64,000 bases of DNA from the human T2T-CHM13v2.0 reference genome, Homo sapiens: NCBI RefSeq assembly GCF_009914755.1, contig NC_060925.1. One strand, given 5' to 3'. Position 1 is the first letter of the stretch. Every line of letters begins with the position of its first letter. This document shows, piece after piece, positions 24,929 to 38,652 of this stretch. Below the pieces are notes generated by a model that ran no database searches, had not been told where the DNA came from, and saw only the letters and a list, made by a program, of their open reading frames with translations. Made by a program: the position numbers and the translations under genes.

Positions 24929-27279
24929 TCACCTCTCATTTTGATATCTTAGGTGCCCAATTCATGGAATGTCCCATCAAGTATTGTAGGGTGAATGAAT
25001 GAATGAGTCACTTGGTGAGGTCCTCAAGAGTCACACTGCTTTCTTTGTCTCCTCTTTCCTCTTGGATCTTTATATCCCCCCTTCCCAGCACACACTCAGG
25101 CCCACTCCCCATGTCTTCTCCCTCCCCTAGCTGGCCTAGAACACTCCCCATTCCCTTGCTGTCCCCCTGGAACTCCTCTGTGCATGTTAGAAGGACAAAC
25201 GGCCACCAGGGATTTATGGTTCTGGGACGGGGTCCACATTGGTCTCTGTGGTCAGGCCTTCTGAGGGCTGTGCCAGGTGGTGAATGAGGAGGCTTTGGGA
25301 AGGGGCCACTAGCACATCCGTGGTTTGCTTATGAAGAGGGCCTACCTGGAGGCCAGGGAGGAGCTGCAAGGCTAGAGGGGCCCCTTTGCAGGGCGGGGCT
25401 GACTTGTTTCTGGATATCCCACCAGCCCTATCTGCCAATAAGGTCCAGGCAGGGAGAGGGCAGCTGAGGAAGCCTTGGTGGCCATTCACGTCCACCCAGC
25501 AGGTGTTGCCTGCCGTCTGTCCTTCTGCCACAGCCACATCCAACACCTGCAGGGTTCGCCTCTGGGAGTTTGTGACCCCTGTTCCCTTTGCCTGCTATGC
25601 CCTTCCACCTTCTCTAATCTGTGAAGTGCTCCTTCTCCTTCAAGGCCAGCCTAAATGTCACCTCTTCTAGGGTCCCCACTCCTCCACTTTCTCATTGCGT
25701 TTATCCTGTCATAGTTGTTCACCGACACATTCGTCTCTCTGACTAAACTGCTGACGAACAGTGCCTGCGTCCTTCCTCCCTGAATCCTCAGCGCCCAGCA
25801 GAGTTCCTAGAATGCTGTGGAGGCTCGGCCAATGCCCGAGGGTGGCTTATGCTTTGTGATGCAGCACGAGTAATGAGTGCTGAGAGATGCGAACTCACAA
25901 AGACCAGGTGTGGATGTGTGCACAAGCACACACACGTGTACACACAAGTACATACATGCACACCCATGCCCTGCCCCTGAGTAGACACAGACCCAGGCCC
26001 CAGTTCTAGAGCCCTATTCCCAGCCCCTCTCCTCCCCTGTCACTCAACGCCTTGCCAGTTCTTATGCTAATGAGAGGAAGCGTTTGGGCAGAGAGAAGCT
26101 TGGAAAGGAAGTCTTTGAAATGGAAATGTTATGACAAAATGATGGATTGTTTTCCGAGCTGTGCAGTTTGTTTCTTTCTTGCAGCAGAAGGGAGAGTATA
26201 ACAGAGACAAGAGTGGCAGAGGCTGCCCATGTCAGCAAGCCCCAGATGGCAAGGAGTGCGGGTGAAACACTCCGGGACCATGGAGCGAGGGGAAACTGCA
26301 AAGCAGGCAGAGGGACACGGCCTAGCTACTGTCCAGAAGCCTTGGTCATGGCTGGGGCCCGACTGGCCAGAGCATACAACGGCTGTCTGGAGGAGGTGGG
26401 GTCTCTGAAGACCAGGAGGGACATCTGACCCGTCCTTCTGCCAAGGCTGCCATACTCAACACCCTGCAGGGCTCATCTCTGAGCCTCTGTGCATGCTGTT
26501 CCTTTGCCTGATATGACTCCACCTTCTCTAACCTGCAGACTGTTCTTCGTCCTTCAAGACCAGCTGATATGTTACCTCCACTGGGAAGACTCCTACTGTA
26601 CATGAGGCCTGCTTCACCCAAACTCCCTAAACCATAGGAGAACTCATTGGCTGATCCCTAGCTCCTTGATTGACTTGGGGCTAATTAGAATTGTTGCCTA
26701 TCTTACTCATTAAAAATATGCATTGCATACTTGCTGTGTGCAAAATGCTGTTCTAGGCACTGTGTCCATTGGTGAACACAAACAGACCCTCCGTCGTCAT
26801 GGGACTTATGTCCTGGGGGGACACAAACAATGAGATCATAGATGCATAAGTTACGTGGCTTCTGGGTGGTTATAAGCACATGGGAAAAGTGGAGTAATGA
26901 GGGAACACGCTTTGCTTTGAAATGAGGTAGGAAGGGCAGGCTCAGTGAGAAGGTGACATTTGAGCAAAGACATGAAAGATGGGTCAGCCATGCAGATATA
27001 GGGGCAGGGATGGTGTGTAAAGACTAAACACATCAGCATTTAATAAAGAGAAGCTACAGGTGGATACATATGGATACATTATTTTTTGCTTATGCCAGTT
27101 ATCTTTCTAATGAAAGATAAGTTGCATCTCAATTGTTTAGCATCCTTTATAGCACTTAGTGTTTGACACGGAATAACTGTTCAGTAGACGTATGTTGAAC
27201 GAACAAACAAGCTCCAAACTGTCTCCCTCTAAACCCCTTAGCCATGGTGAGGGCTGCCCAGGAGCCAGCTCTTGTCCTG

Positions 27280-27299
27280 GAGCGCCCTCTAGTGACCAA
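27280..27299 (-). promoter_or_regulatory. Candidate CTCF binding site
   Basis: Minus strand tggtcactagagggcgct closely matches the CTCF core tggCCAC(C/T)AG(A/G)GGGCGC. Confidence 0.65.
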
Positions 27300-29872
27300 A
27301 TCTCAGATGCCAGCTTTGTACACCTTGTTTATATCCTGTAACATTTCTCCTTCCCACCCCAGGAGAACTTAGGGACAGTGGCCAACCAATCAATAGAATT
27401 AACTAAGTGTCTCCTATGTGCAGGGCACAGTGGCAGCTTCTACACGAAGCACGCAGACTCAGGATATATGGTCCCTGCCCTCAAATCCCTCACTCACTGG
27501 ACATCTCTCTGGTTAACCATTTCCTTCTCAATCTTTGCTCTCCGATAATCCCCCCTTTCTGATCTTTCTGGATCATCTGTAATACTGGAATTACATTTTG
27601 AGCTAGGGCTGGCTGGGTGAGGATGTGCATGCTGTGTGTGCCTGAGGGGCTTGGGAATAGCATTAGCTTTCCAGGTCAGCAAATTAGCCCATCATTCCGT
27701 AGTAGTGGAGGGGTGGAAGACAGCTAGGATCTGGTCCACTAGGCACTCCATGGAGTTTCAGAGCTGAGGCTGATGCTGGCTGGATAACATGCAGACCAAA
27801 CTTGTCACCCCATTCTGGCTGGTGGAATTGTGCTTCCTTTTTAAGGACTTCTCATGGCCCTGGCCACCTTCTCTGTGCTGGTGGCCTTGGTATCCTCAAA
27901 GCCAAAGCTGAAGCTCCGTTCCTGGGCACTAAGCCTCCACCACCTTTTGTCCTTGCCCTCTCCTCTGACCCCATCCATGAAACTCGAGAGCCCCTTTCTT
28001 TCCCAGGGCTCTGTTTAACACTGAGGCCAGAATAACTGTGTCCTGGTAGCTTTATTTTTAGGGCCTGTAAGAGGGAATAAGGAGCCTCTGGAGACAGGCC
28101 TCCCATGTGTCAGGGAGGGTCCTGGGCCCACAGGTGCCAGCCACACCTCCTGCAGCTTTGGAAGTCCAGTGCCAAATCTCAGCCACACCCCCATATCTGC
28201 TCCCTGGGGTGCACATTTCTCATCGAGAGCATAGCTCTTATGCAATGAGGTGGCTGTGGGCAAACTGGCTGTCCAGATGCCTAGGCTTAAGTCAGTGCCC
28301 TGGGACCTCCCGAGTTATGCTGGTGGCCAGTCTCTTGGCCTCAGCTCCTGAGTTAGGAAGGTAGGTGGCCTCAAGCTGAAGGGATGCTTTGGCCTGACTT
28401 CCACCACCTGGGCTCATGCCCCTTGTAGAGTGGATGATACGCAAAGAGTAGAGAATCTCCAAGTGCTTTCCTGAGTCCGCGCTTTTCCTGGGAGTCCCAG
28501 ACGCAGACCAGTCAGGGTGAGAGTGGACTGGGAATCCGAGAATCTTCAGAAATTATTCTTCGGCTTGAAAGTCTGATGAATGAACTGATTACGGCTGGTG
28601 CAGAAAGTGCCCCGTGGACACTCTATCACTGGGTGGCAGCCTGGGTATGGATTTGGACTGGGCTTCAAAGATTTTATTTGGACCCAAGAGGGAGAAAAAT
28701 GGCTTTCTGCATCCCACAGAGTGCTTCCTGGCAAAGGGCAGTGGGCACTTGTGCATATGTCTCCCAAGCCACCTTCTCTCCTTTGACCACTTAGATCTGG
28801 ATCTTCCTTCTAGCCTTAAGCAGCGTCCTAAGAGTGGTGTCTTCTCTTCCTCTCTGTCATCCCCATGCTGCCCTGGTTCCCATTAGTCCTTACCTTCCCC
28901 AGGCCCTAAAAGTAGCTCTTTCCCAGGGCTGGAGTTGCCCCGGCCTTGGGAACACCCCAGCTTGGGGACTAGTGAGGCCCCAAGGGGTGCAGGTACTAGG
29001 TGGGACTTGATGTGTCTCTCCAACAGGAGCAGAGGGACACTGGAAAATCACTGGCCCCACTGGAGGTGCCTGAGCTAGGAAGATGAAAGAGGATGACACA
29101 GGGGACTGTCTTTTTTTCTCACACAGCTGGCAGCTCTGGCCTGGGGTCGGAGAGACAAATGTGTTGGGCGTGTGCCTTGTCAAATGAATTGTCTTTCTTT
29201 CTCTCTCATCAAATATTTACAGAGCATCCCTATCACCAGGTGCTGAAGCCACGATGGTGAGCAAAACATGCTCTTCATCCTCATAGAGCTTTATGGAGGT
29301 AAGAGTTATTGGGAGTTTGGTCTTGGTGAGATTTATTGGGAGGGACCATATTTTGGATTTGGATTTTCAATATTCTGTCCCATAGTTCCCTCAACTGATT
29401 GCAGTGTCCTAAAAAAAGCTGGTAATCCTGAAATCACACTGCATCAGTCAGACTGTTACTTACGCCAGCAAACATCACAAAAATCTTTTGTTAGGCCTCA
29501 CGTCCCAGTTTTTAGTCCAGAAGGTGTGATTCCCATTCAGCCGGGGCTTCCAAGCCCCTGACGTAGAGCAGGGATTTGAATGGAAAAGAGAGAAGCAGCT
29601 GCGGCCCCGTGCCTGGAAAGCCCAAGTGTGCTCTCCTCCTGTTTGTGAAAGCCTCTCCTTCCCCAGGTCAGGGCAGGGCCTGTGACCCACTCCTCTGTCT
29701 ACTGCTCCAGACAGGCCACCTGGACTTCACCAGTCTCCTAACAACCTACAAAGTCTCCCTGGATAACAGGATGTGACCTTTCTCATGTCAGCGAGGTTTG
29801 CTGGAGGATGTGAGAGCTGAAGCCAGAGGCAGTCCACAGCTGTGAGGTGATGGAAACTGGTAGGAAGGGGGA

Positions 29873-30236
29873 TGTTATGGACTGAATTGTGTCTCCTCAA
29901 ATTCACATGCTAAAGCCCCAACCCCGAAAGTGGCTGTGTTTAGAGATGGGGCTTTTGAAAAAGTAATTAAGGTTAACTGGGTCATATAGGTAGGCCCTCA
30001 TCTGATGTGACTGGTGTCCTTAGAAGGAGAGGAAGAGATGCCAGCGATGTGCATGCACAGAGGAAAGGCCATGGGAGGATGCAGTGGGAAGGTGGCCTTC
30101 TGCAAGCCAGGGAAAGAGGCCTCACCAGAAACCAGCTCTGATGGCACCTCGATCTTGGACTTCCAGCCTCCACAACTATCCTTTGAGCCACATGGCCTGT
30201 GGCCTTCTGTCATGGCAGCCTGGGTGGACTGAGACA
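29873..30236 (+). mobile_element. MaLR LTR (MLT1A/B-like)
   Basis: tgttatggactgaattgtgtc...ttggacttccagcctcca...ggcagcctgggtggactgagaca. Confidence 0.85.
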
Positions 30237-30838
30237 GGGAAGTTGCTGCAGGCTGATGGAAACAGAGGCTCAGCAGGGCTCCCATCTGAATCTGGATGAG
30301 GGAGGTGGGAGAGAGTCACCATCCCTGGGATTTGCTCTTGAAGGTTTTGGCAGCTCTGACCATCTCCTTAGGTTGATTGGTGGGCAGCCCCAATGTCTGC
30401 AGCCCTGAGGCCAAGGACTCTCCTATCAGGCCTCCTGGCCATTGCAGAGGATGTCAGGTGGTGGTGGTGGGGGGATGCCTAAAGGCCATGACTTCTTTCC
30501 TTAATGACATAAGACCTGATCCTCCAGGGCAGGCAATGCTCAGAAGCTCTCTCATTGGACAGCAGAGGCTGAAACTCGCAGGCAGGTCACGTCCTCTTGG
30601 AGGGTCTCTGATTAATCACTGCTGCCATCACCATGAGGTCCCTTGAGGGGTGCTGCTACCTTTAACTCTCTAACTCTCTGGTTCTAATGTGAGTGCACAA
30701 CTCTTACTGTCATTCTTGAGTGCATAGGCTATGGATGACCCAAAGGGGAAAAAAACATGCCCCCAGATGGTCCTGCTTAAGAGCTGTGGTGTTGACCCAG
30801 TCCATCTCCTGGCTAATTTCTTTATGACAGACATCATC

Positions 30839-31235
30839 TGTATTAGTTTCCTATTGCTACTGTAACAAATTACCACAAACTTCGTGGCTCAAAACACCAC
30901 ACATTTATTATCTTATGGTTGTGGAGGTTGGAAGTCCAAAATCAGTCTTACTGGGCCAGAATGTACAAGGCTGCATTCCTTACAGAGCTCCAGGAGATAA
31001 TCTGTTTCATTGCCTTTTCCAGTTTCTACAGGCCACCTGCATTCCCCGGCTTGTGGCCCCAACACTCGACCTCTGCTTCTGTGGTCGTAGCTCCTGACTC
31101 TGTCCTCCCACCATCTTCTTATAAATACCCTTGTGACTATAGGGGACCCATCCAGATAATCCAGATTAACCTCCCCATCTCAAGGTTCTGGGGATTAGGA
31201 TCTGGACATCTTTGGGGGGCAATATTCAGCCTTAT
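30839..31235 (-). mobile_element. MaLR LTR (MLT1C/D-like)
   Basis: tgtattagtttcctattgctactgtaacaaattaccacaaac... Confidence 0.8.
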
Positions 31236-31982
31236 TATTCAGCATTAATGCACTTTGCCATGAAGCTTATCTGCAGGCAGTTTACCTCTTTGAGATCTAG
31301 ATCTGAGAGAGGGAGGTTCAGGTAAGACAGGTGCTCCCCTCCATCTGCCCCAGGCTCCTTTCCTTGGATGACTGACACCAAGCATCCATTTCATTCACAG
31401 CACCCCCTTTCCTCATCCTCAGGGGGTGCCCTTTCTCTGTGGCTGCTGTGGGACAAGTTCATTAGAATACCACCCAGTACCCCCATCATCAGTACTCACC
31501 CCAAACCACAGCAGGCTGATCTCCTCACAAAAGCCAGAGAGCCAAGATTGGAAGCTAGGCCATCACAACTAGACACTCCTCCTCCCCACAAAATCCCATG
31601 ACCTGCCCACCAAGCCTCACCATTTCCTTTACTGAGAATTGTTTGTACAAAAGGAGAGAGAATATTTGGCTTTTAGATATCTAAGCCAGGGAGAGGGCAA
31701 GAGAAGGAAAGAGTCACCTTCAAAAACTGGAACTGTCCAAGCCGGTGGTGGCCCTGGAGTCCCAGCACTGGCATCTGAGTCCACCCTGGGGGCTTGATTC
31801 CACATGGGCAGGGGGTGTCTGGTCATCAAACCCAGTTGTCTGGGGAGGATGGCACTGCCTTGACACTAAGTTTTAGACAAATAAGTAAAAATGTTTTGTC
31901 CTTGCTGTAGGTGGTAGTTGTATGGAACTCTTGTCTGGATGTAGTGGTAGTCTGGATATGGAAATAAGTTTCTAAAAATTTA

Positions 31983-32247
<265 letters not shown>

Positions 32248-32729
32248 AAAAGTTTAGATAAATTTCAGGATGTCAGACTGGGTTCTTTTCCAGCCCTGTC
32301 ACTCATTAGGCCACGTGACCTTGGACTTTCTGGGTCTCAGTTTCCTCAACTTAAATTAGAATACACAAGAACTTCCCCCAGAGGACTGTCACAAGGAGTG
32401 AGATAATGAGTGTGAAAGTGCTTTGTACAAGATATGCTACGCAGGAGTAGTATTATTATTAGAGGAATGTGAGCGTGCTGAGAAACATTCAGCACCTGGG
32501 AGGGCGGGCCAGGGAGGACAATTGTACCTCCCTACAGCCTGTACCTTGGTGGTAGGAAACTAGGCTGGGTGGTCCAGGGGTTGACCCAGTGTGGGAGACC
32601 TTATATTTTCATGTGTGAAAAGGCTCACAGCTCTATTCCAATGTGCCCCTTTCATTTCACCCATGCCCTCTGCTGGTCCAGCTCCACACTGGCAAATTGA
32701 GATCACATCCTATAACATGCATTACCCCC

Positions 32730-33322
32730 TGTGGTTGATAACCTTCCAAAATGGCCTCCAGTAATCCCTGCTTCCTGGTCAGCATGCCCTTGTGTAACCC
32801 TCTCGTCTTGAGTGTGGGCTGGATTTTGTGACTTGCTTGTAACAAATAGAAGACACCAAAGCAATGCGTTTGGTTTGCAAAGCCCGTGGATTCTGTCTTG
32901 CTTGTACTCTCTCTTGCTTGCTGTAAGGAAGCAAGCTGCCATGTTGTGAGTGGCTCTATGAAGAGGTCCCTGGAGCAAGGACCTGAGGATGACTTTCAGC
33001 CAACAGCCAAAGAGGAATTTCCTCCGCCTCCAGTCCAATAGTCCAGGAGAGACCAAATCCTGCCAACAACCATGTGAGTGAGCTCAGAATCTCCCCTCTC
33101 CCGCTGCAGTGGAGTCTTGAGGTGACAGAAACCCTACCCAACATTTGGATTGCAGAGAGGCCGAGAGCTCTAGGAACCAGCTAACCTGTGCCTGTATTCA
33201 CTCCCAATTCACAGAAACTGTATTCACTCCTGATTCACAGAAACTGTGAGATGTAAATGTGTGTTGTTTTAAGCTATTAAGTGTAGGAGTAATTTGTTAC
33301 ATGGTGATAGATAACTAATGCA
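32730..33322 (+). mobile_element. MaLR LTR (MLT1F-like)
   Basis: tgtggttgataaccttccaaaatggcc...gctgccatgttgtgag...ttttaagctattaag...atagataactaatgca. Confidence 0.8.
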
Positions 33323-34219
33323 CACTGTAAAGTGTCATTTGACATTAAGGAACTGCAGCATCATTACAATCTCAGTTTACTAAATACAACTGAATATCAG
33401 CTCTGTGCCAAGCACATGGTGCCTTGGGGTTCTGAGGCCATGACGATGAACGAGGCAAGACCCCAGCCTCCAAGATCTCACAGAGGGCAGGTAGACACCA
33501 AATGGGCAAAGTGAAGAGCGGAGGAAGCAGAGCAAGCCTCATGCAGGAAGGGGTGTTTGGGGTATCTTGAGGGATGAATAGGATTTCAAAAGGCAGAAAT
33601 AAGGTGAAGGGTATTCCATGCGGGAAGAAATGTGGGTGGTGCAAAGCGTTTTCAAACATGTGACACTGAGCTGATCACAGATGAGAAAAAGTTGGACAGA
33701 TTCAGTTCCTCTTTTCTGCATGAGGTTAGCACTAGGCAAAATTGGGAAGCTGCATCTTTACACAGCTTGCAAGCAATGGTGAAATAGAACAGAATGGTCA
33801 GGCTAGTGTGGGACCTGTGGCATGTGGAGGCGGGGGGCCATAGAAAGGAAGGGGGACCCCATAACCTTTACCTGCCTGGGTAAAGTTACCTGGGCTCAAC
33901 CATCCTGGCTCTCCTGAGACAGCACTGCTAGTGGAGGTGGCTTCTGGCGGAGGAGCATGGAGACCTGCAGCCAAAACCCTCAGTTCGAATCCTGGCTCTG
34001 CCAAGTTGCTAGTTGTAGCATCTTGGGAAATTACTTTGACTGCTTTGTGACTCCATTGCCTCATCTGTGAAATGGAGCTAATTATAAATCCTGCCCCACA
34101 AGGTGTCATGAGACTAAGTTAGTTCATTTACATTAACTATTTTAGAATAGCGCATGGCATGCAATAAATATGTTACTGGTATTTTTTCAAGGGGCACAAT
34201 CTGATCTTTGTATCATCCC

Positions 34220-34575
34220 TTTTTCTTTTTCTTCTTCCTTTCCTTCCTTTATTCCACAAATACTTGTTGAGCAGCAGACACCGTAGTGGGATTATGCACC
34301 AGACACTGTGTGGGGATTATCACATTAAAGAGACACAACCATGACTCTCAAAGGGTTCACCACCTTCAGGCGGGTTTTTATCCTAGGCTTTAGCCACCTT
34401 TCACAGAGTGTGGGCTGAGCAGAAATCTTCCGTGGAAGGATCAGGCCACCGTCTACCTGCATTCTACTTTGCACAGCACCTTTTACAGTTTGCTAAGAAA
34501 TATCATGTATTATCTTATTTAATTCTCACAGTCATATTGGGAGCTTGGTATTGTTTGTCGTTGCTATTAACAAAT
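34220..34575 (+). repeat. Copy 1 of a diverged local direct duplication
   Basis: Shares long blocks with 38330-38652, e.g. agagtgtgggctgagcagaaatct and agcaccttttacagtttgctaag. Confidence 0.9.
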
Positions 34576-35656
34576 GGAGGAACCGAAGTGTAGAGTGGGT
34601 AAAATAATTGTCCAAGGTCATGAAGCCTTTGGTGGCAAATTAGACACAAATATTTCCCACGATGTCAACAGTTCTTTTAAACAGGCTGAGGGTGAGACAG
34701 ATACCTTGTGGAGGATTCAGGTCCACCAGGCAGGGAGGTCTGATTCCCCAAGTGGGGGCCTCCTGGGGTGCCGGTGTCTGGCTGGGCTGCCCGCTGGTTC
34801 TGGACTTGGAATTCAAACCATTTCAGAATTCTGAGGCATCAATAATCCATTTTAAAGTTAAACAAGATGCCACTGTAAGAAGACATTTTTAGTCTCAGAG
34901 GGTGGCAATCTGACTTCCAGATTCCAGTGAAGTCCTTTCTCCAGATGGACGTGTTTGTCCAATCCATGTCCATCATCCCCCTGCATGGTGGAAGGCACCA
35001 CAGGGCGTGGAGGAAGGGTGGAGGATGGCGAAGAGGGTGTGCATGTCGTGTGGTGGGGATTTAGTTCTTGACTTCAGGAGTCCTTTTCTGAGAGTGCAAA
35101 GCAGGAATCAGGACATTAAGAAATTCTAAAAGGTGACTCAAGCAGTTGAATAAAAGCAGCTTCATTTTATAAATCACCAGTGGGAGCCATTCCAGAACCT
35201 ACCCAGGTGCTCTCCTGATTGAAAACCAACCAGCTGGAAGAGGGGAGAGAGGGAGGGGAGTAGACCCCAGTGCTGGAGACTTGTGAGGCCTGCCCAACAC
35301 CACCACCCCCAACCCTGCTCTGCCCACCCACTCCTTGCCTGCCATGTCTTCCCCTCTGTCCTCATTGCAGGGAGACAGGGGGAGGTCAGGGAGGCTGGCT
35401 GGGAGCCCGGCTTCTGCTCCCCACTCTAACCTCTGCCACCGTCATAGGACAGCTCTGTGGTGGGGTGCCCTCTATGCCCATGGGCGGTGGTGGGTTCCAC
35501 TGAGGAGTCGCTGCTGCTAAGCCAGGGAACATGATGTCGTGGGGCCCACACAGGCTCTGACAGTGCTGGTGGCTGCTGCTTTTCCTAGCTGCATGACTTC
35601 AGGCATATGACAACGTCTCTGAGCCAGTTTCCTCATTTGGACAGGGACGATACTAA

Positions 35657-36121
35657 TGCTGTGGGTTAAATTTACACCCCATGCCCCCTCCAAAAAAGAT
35701 GCACTGGAGTCCTAACCCCCAGTACCTCAGAATGTGATCTCATTTAGAGACAGGGTCTTTACAGAGGTAATGAAGTTAAAATGAGGACATTACAGTGGGC
35801 CCTAATCCAATATGATAGGTGTTCTTATAAAAAGTAGAAATTTGCCACGCCTTTAATCCCAGCACTTTGAGAGGCCGAGGTGGATGGGTCACGAGGTCAG
35901 GAGATCGAGACCATCTTGGCCAACATGGTGAAACCCCGTCTCTACTAAAAATACAAAAAATTAGCCAGGTGTGGTGGTGCATGCCTGTAGTCCCAGCTAC
36001 TCAGGAGGCGGAGGCAGAAGAATCGCTTGAACCCGGGAGGCGGAGGTTGCAGTGAACCAGTGAACTGAGGTCGCGCCACTGCATTCCAGCCTGAGTGACA
36101 GAGCAAGACTCTGTCTCAAAA

Positions 36122-36183
<62 letters not shown>

Positions 36184-36399
36184 AAGAAAGAAATTTGGAC
36201 AGAGAAACAGACACATATAGAGGGAAAATGGTGTGAAGAGATACAGGGAGAAGATGGCCATCTACAAAACAAGGAGCCAACCCTGCTGGCACCTTGCTCT
36301 TGAACTTTCAGTTTCCAGAACTGGGAGACAATACATTTCTACTGTTGAACCCACCCAGTCTGTGGTACTGTGTTATGGCAGCTCTAGCGAGCCAACACA
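35657..36399 (+). mobile_element. MLT1B-like LTR interrupted by an Alu
   Basis: gtcctaacccccagtacctcagaatgtga...ggccctaatccaatatga [Alu] ...ctgtggtactgtgttatggcagc. Confidence 0.85.
35846..36188 (+). mobile_element. 5'-truncated AluSc-like element with (GAAA)n tail
   Basis: gagatcgagaccatcttggccaacatgg; TSD agaaatttg on both sides; (AAAG)n at 36118-36190. Confidence 0.92.
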
Positions 36400-37028
36400 G
36401 GAATACAACATCCGGCCCATAGGAAAGACTAATGTTCCTTGGGGTGGCAGGGAGGGGTCCTTCTCCTGTCCTGCCCCCATTTTCTCAGTTTCTGAGAAGC
36501 TGTTCTTGGCCAGGTCCTGCTCAGCGGGAGGCAGCTGTGGTGTCAGGGAAAGGCCTCAGGCTCGGGTCTCTGCTCCAGCACTGAGTAGACGGTGTGCTGG
36601 GGCAGGCATTGACCTTTTCAGAATTTCTGTTTTATCAACTCTAACCTGGGGCAAATATGAAACCTCCCTGAACAACTTGCAGGGTGGCTGTGTGGTTCAA
36701 ATGAGATAACCATATACATGAAATCATTTTATAAACCACATTGCATTAATTTCTGTGGCAGCTGTTTCTGTCATAGGAGAGAATTCTGAGATTGACAGAG
36801 AGGTGTCACAGAGGAGCTTGGGAACAGACATTCCTGCTTTGCTAGGAATTCGATGCTGCCCTAAGGGGCCCACGGTGGCAGAAGGCCAGTAGCCTTGCTC
36901 ACAAGTGTTGCTAGTACTGCCTCACCTTGGGTTCAGGTATGCTGCTACCAAGTGGCAACAGGAAGCCTGCTTACATTTTGAACCTTTTTCTTGAGATGCC
37001 ATATGTAGGAAAAATACTATTTATTTAG

Positions 37029-37466
<438 letters not shown>

Positions 37467-38329
37467 TAGAGCCTTGCTTCTTTCTCCACAATGCAACAAG
37501 GTTTCTACTTTCTCGACAATGAAGTCAGATGCCCCCTGCCCCCTCTCCAAAGGGAAGCATCTTGGCGCTTTGTTCTTCTGATCAATAGGGAGATGCCTTG
37601 TCTCTCTCTGGCCAGAACTGCCTCCCTGACTTGAATTTGTGTCCAGTGCTGGACTGACTTCCCTTCTGGGCTGCTAATTCTTTTCCAGTTGAATGTGACA
37701 ACATCTCCAAGTGGAGCAGAACACTAAGGTGGAAAATGAACTTCTTTAATCAAGCCCTCAGCACTCAGGCTCTGTCCCATGACTGGTCAGAGACTGCCCA
37801 CACAGGGCCAGTTTATCTTGGGCTTGAATAAGCCGGGGAGTGCGAGGGTTGGCTTGCTATTAACTCAGAAGGAGAAATCACGGAGTTGGAGGGTTTAAGC
37901 TGAGGCAGGCCTCAGACCCACCCACAAGGAGGGCGAGGGTTTCTGGCTGATCTGAGAAGCCCATTTCCACTCCTCAAGGGCAGAGAGCCCTCTCAGTTGG
38001 CTCTGTATCCCCAGAGCCAGCTTTGGCATCTGGCCCACGGCAGAAACATGGTGAATATTTGAGGAAAGAACAAGAGCATCATCTATACCCTGAGAAAGTT
38101 AATCATCCAGTGCACGGTGAATGTTAGTTATCTCCTCCTGCGTGGAGTCTCAGAAAAAAACAGAATGATTCAGGCCTGCACAGAAAATTCCGTGCCAAGA
38201 AATTACTTCAGCCCAAACTCTCCAGGTAGATAGGTCGCAATTATTGTCATTGTAGGGCATGTGAGGGAAGTCAGGGGAGCCTCTGATTTGGCTCTCCGGT
38301 GGCCTCGGTTCTCCTTTGGGTCGTCCGTC

Positions 38330-38652
38330 TTTCTTTCCCTTTTTCTGTTTCTTGCTTCATTTGTTGAGCATCTATTAAGCACCAGACACTGTGCTGGGAC
38401 TGTAATATTAAAGGGCACAGCCATGGCTCTGGCAGGGTTCACAGCCTTCAGGTGGGTGTATCCTGGCTTTATCCTTTCAAAGAGTGTGGGCTGAGCAGAA
38501 ATCTGCTGTGGAAGGGTCAGGCCACTGTCTACCTGCATCCTACTTTGTGTAGCACCTTTTACAGTTTGCTAAGGCATCTCAGGTGTTATTTTATTTAATT
38601 CCCACAATAATCTTGGAAGCCTGGTATTATTTATTGTTGCTGTTAACCATAG
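38330..38652 (+). repeat. Copy 2 of the diverged local direct duplication
   Basis: Colinear with 34220-34575. Confidence 0.9.
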
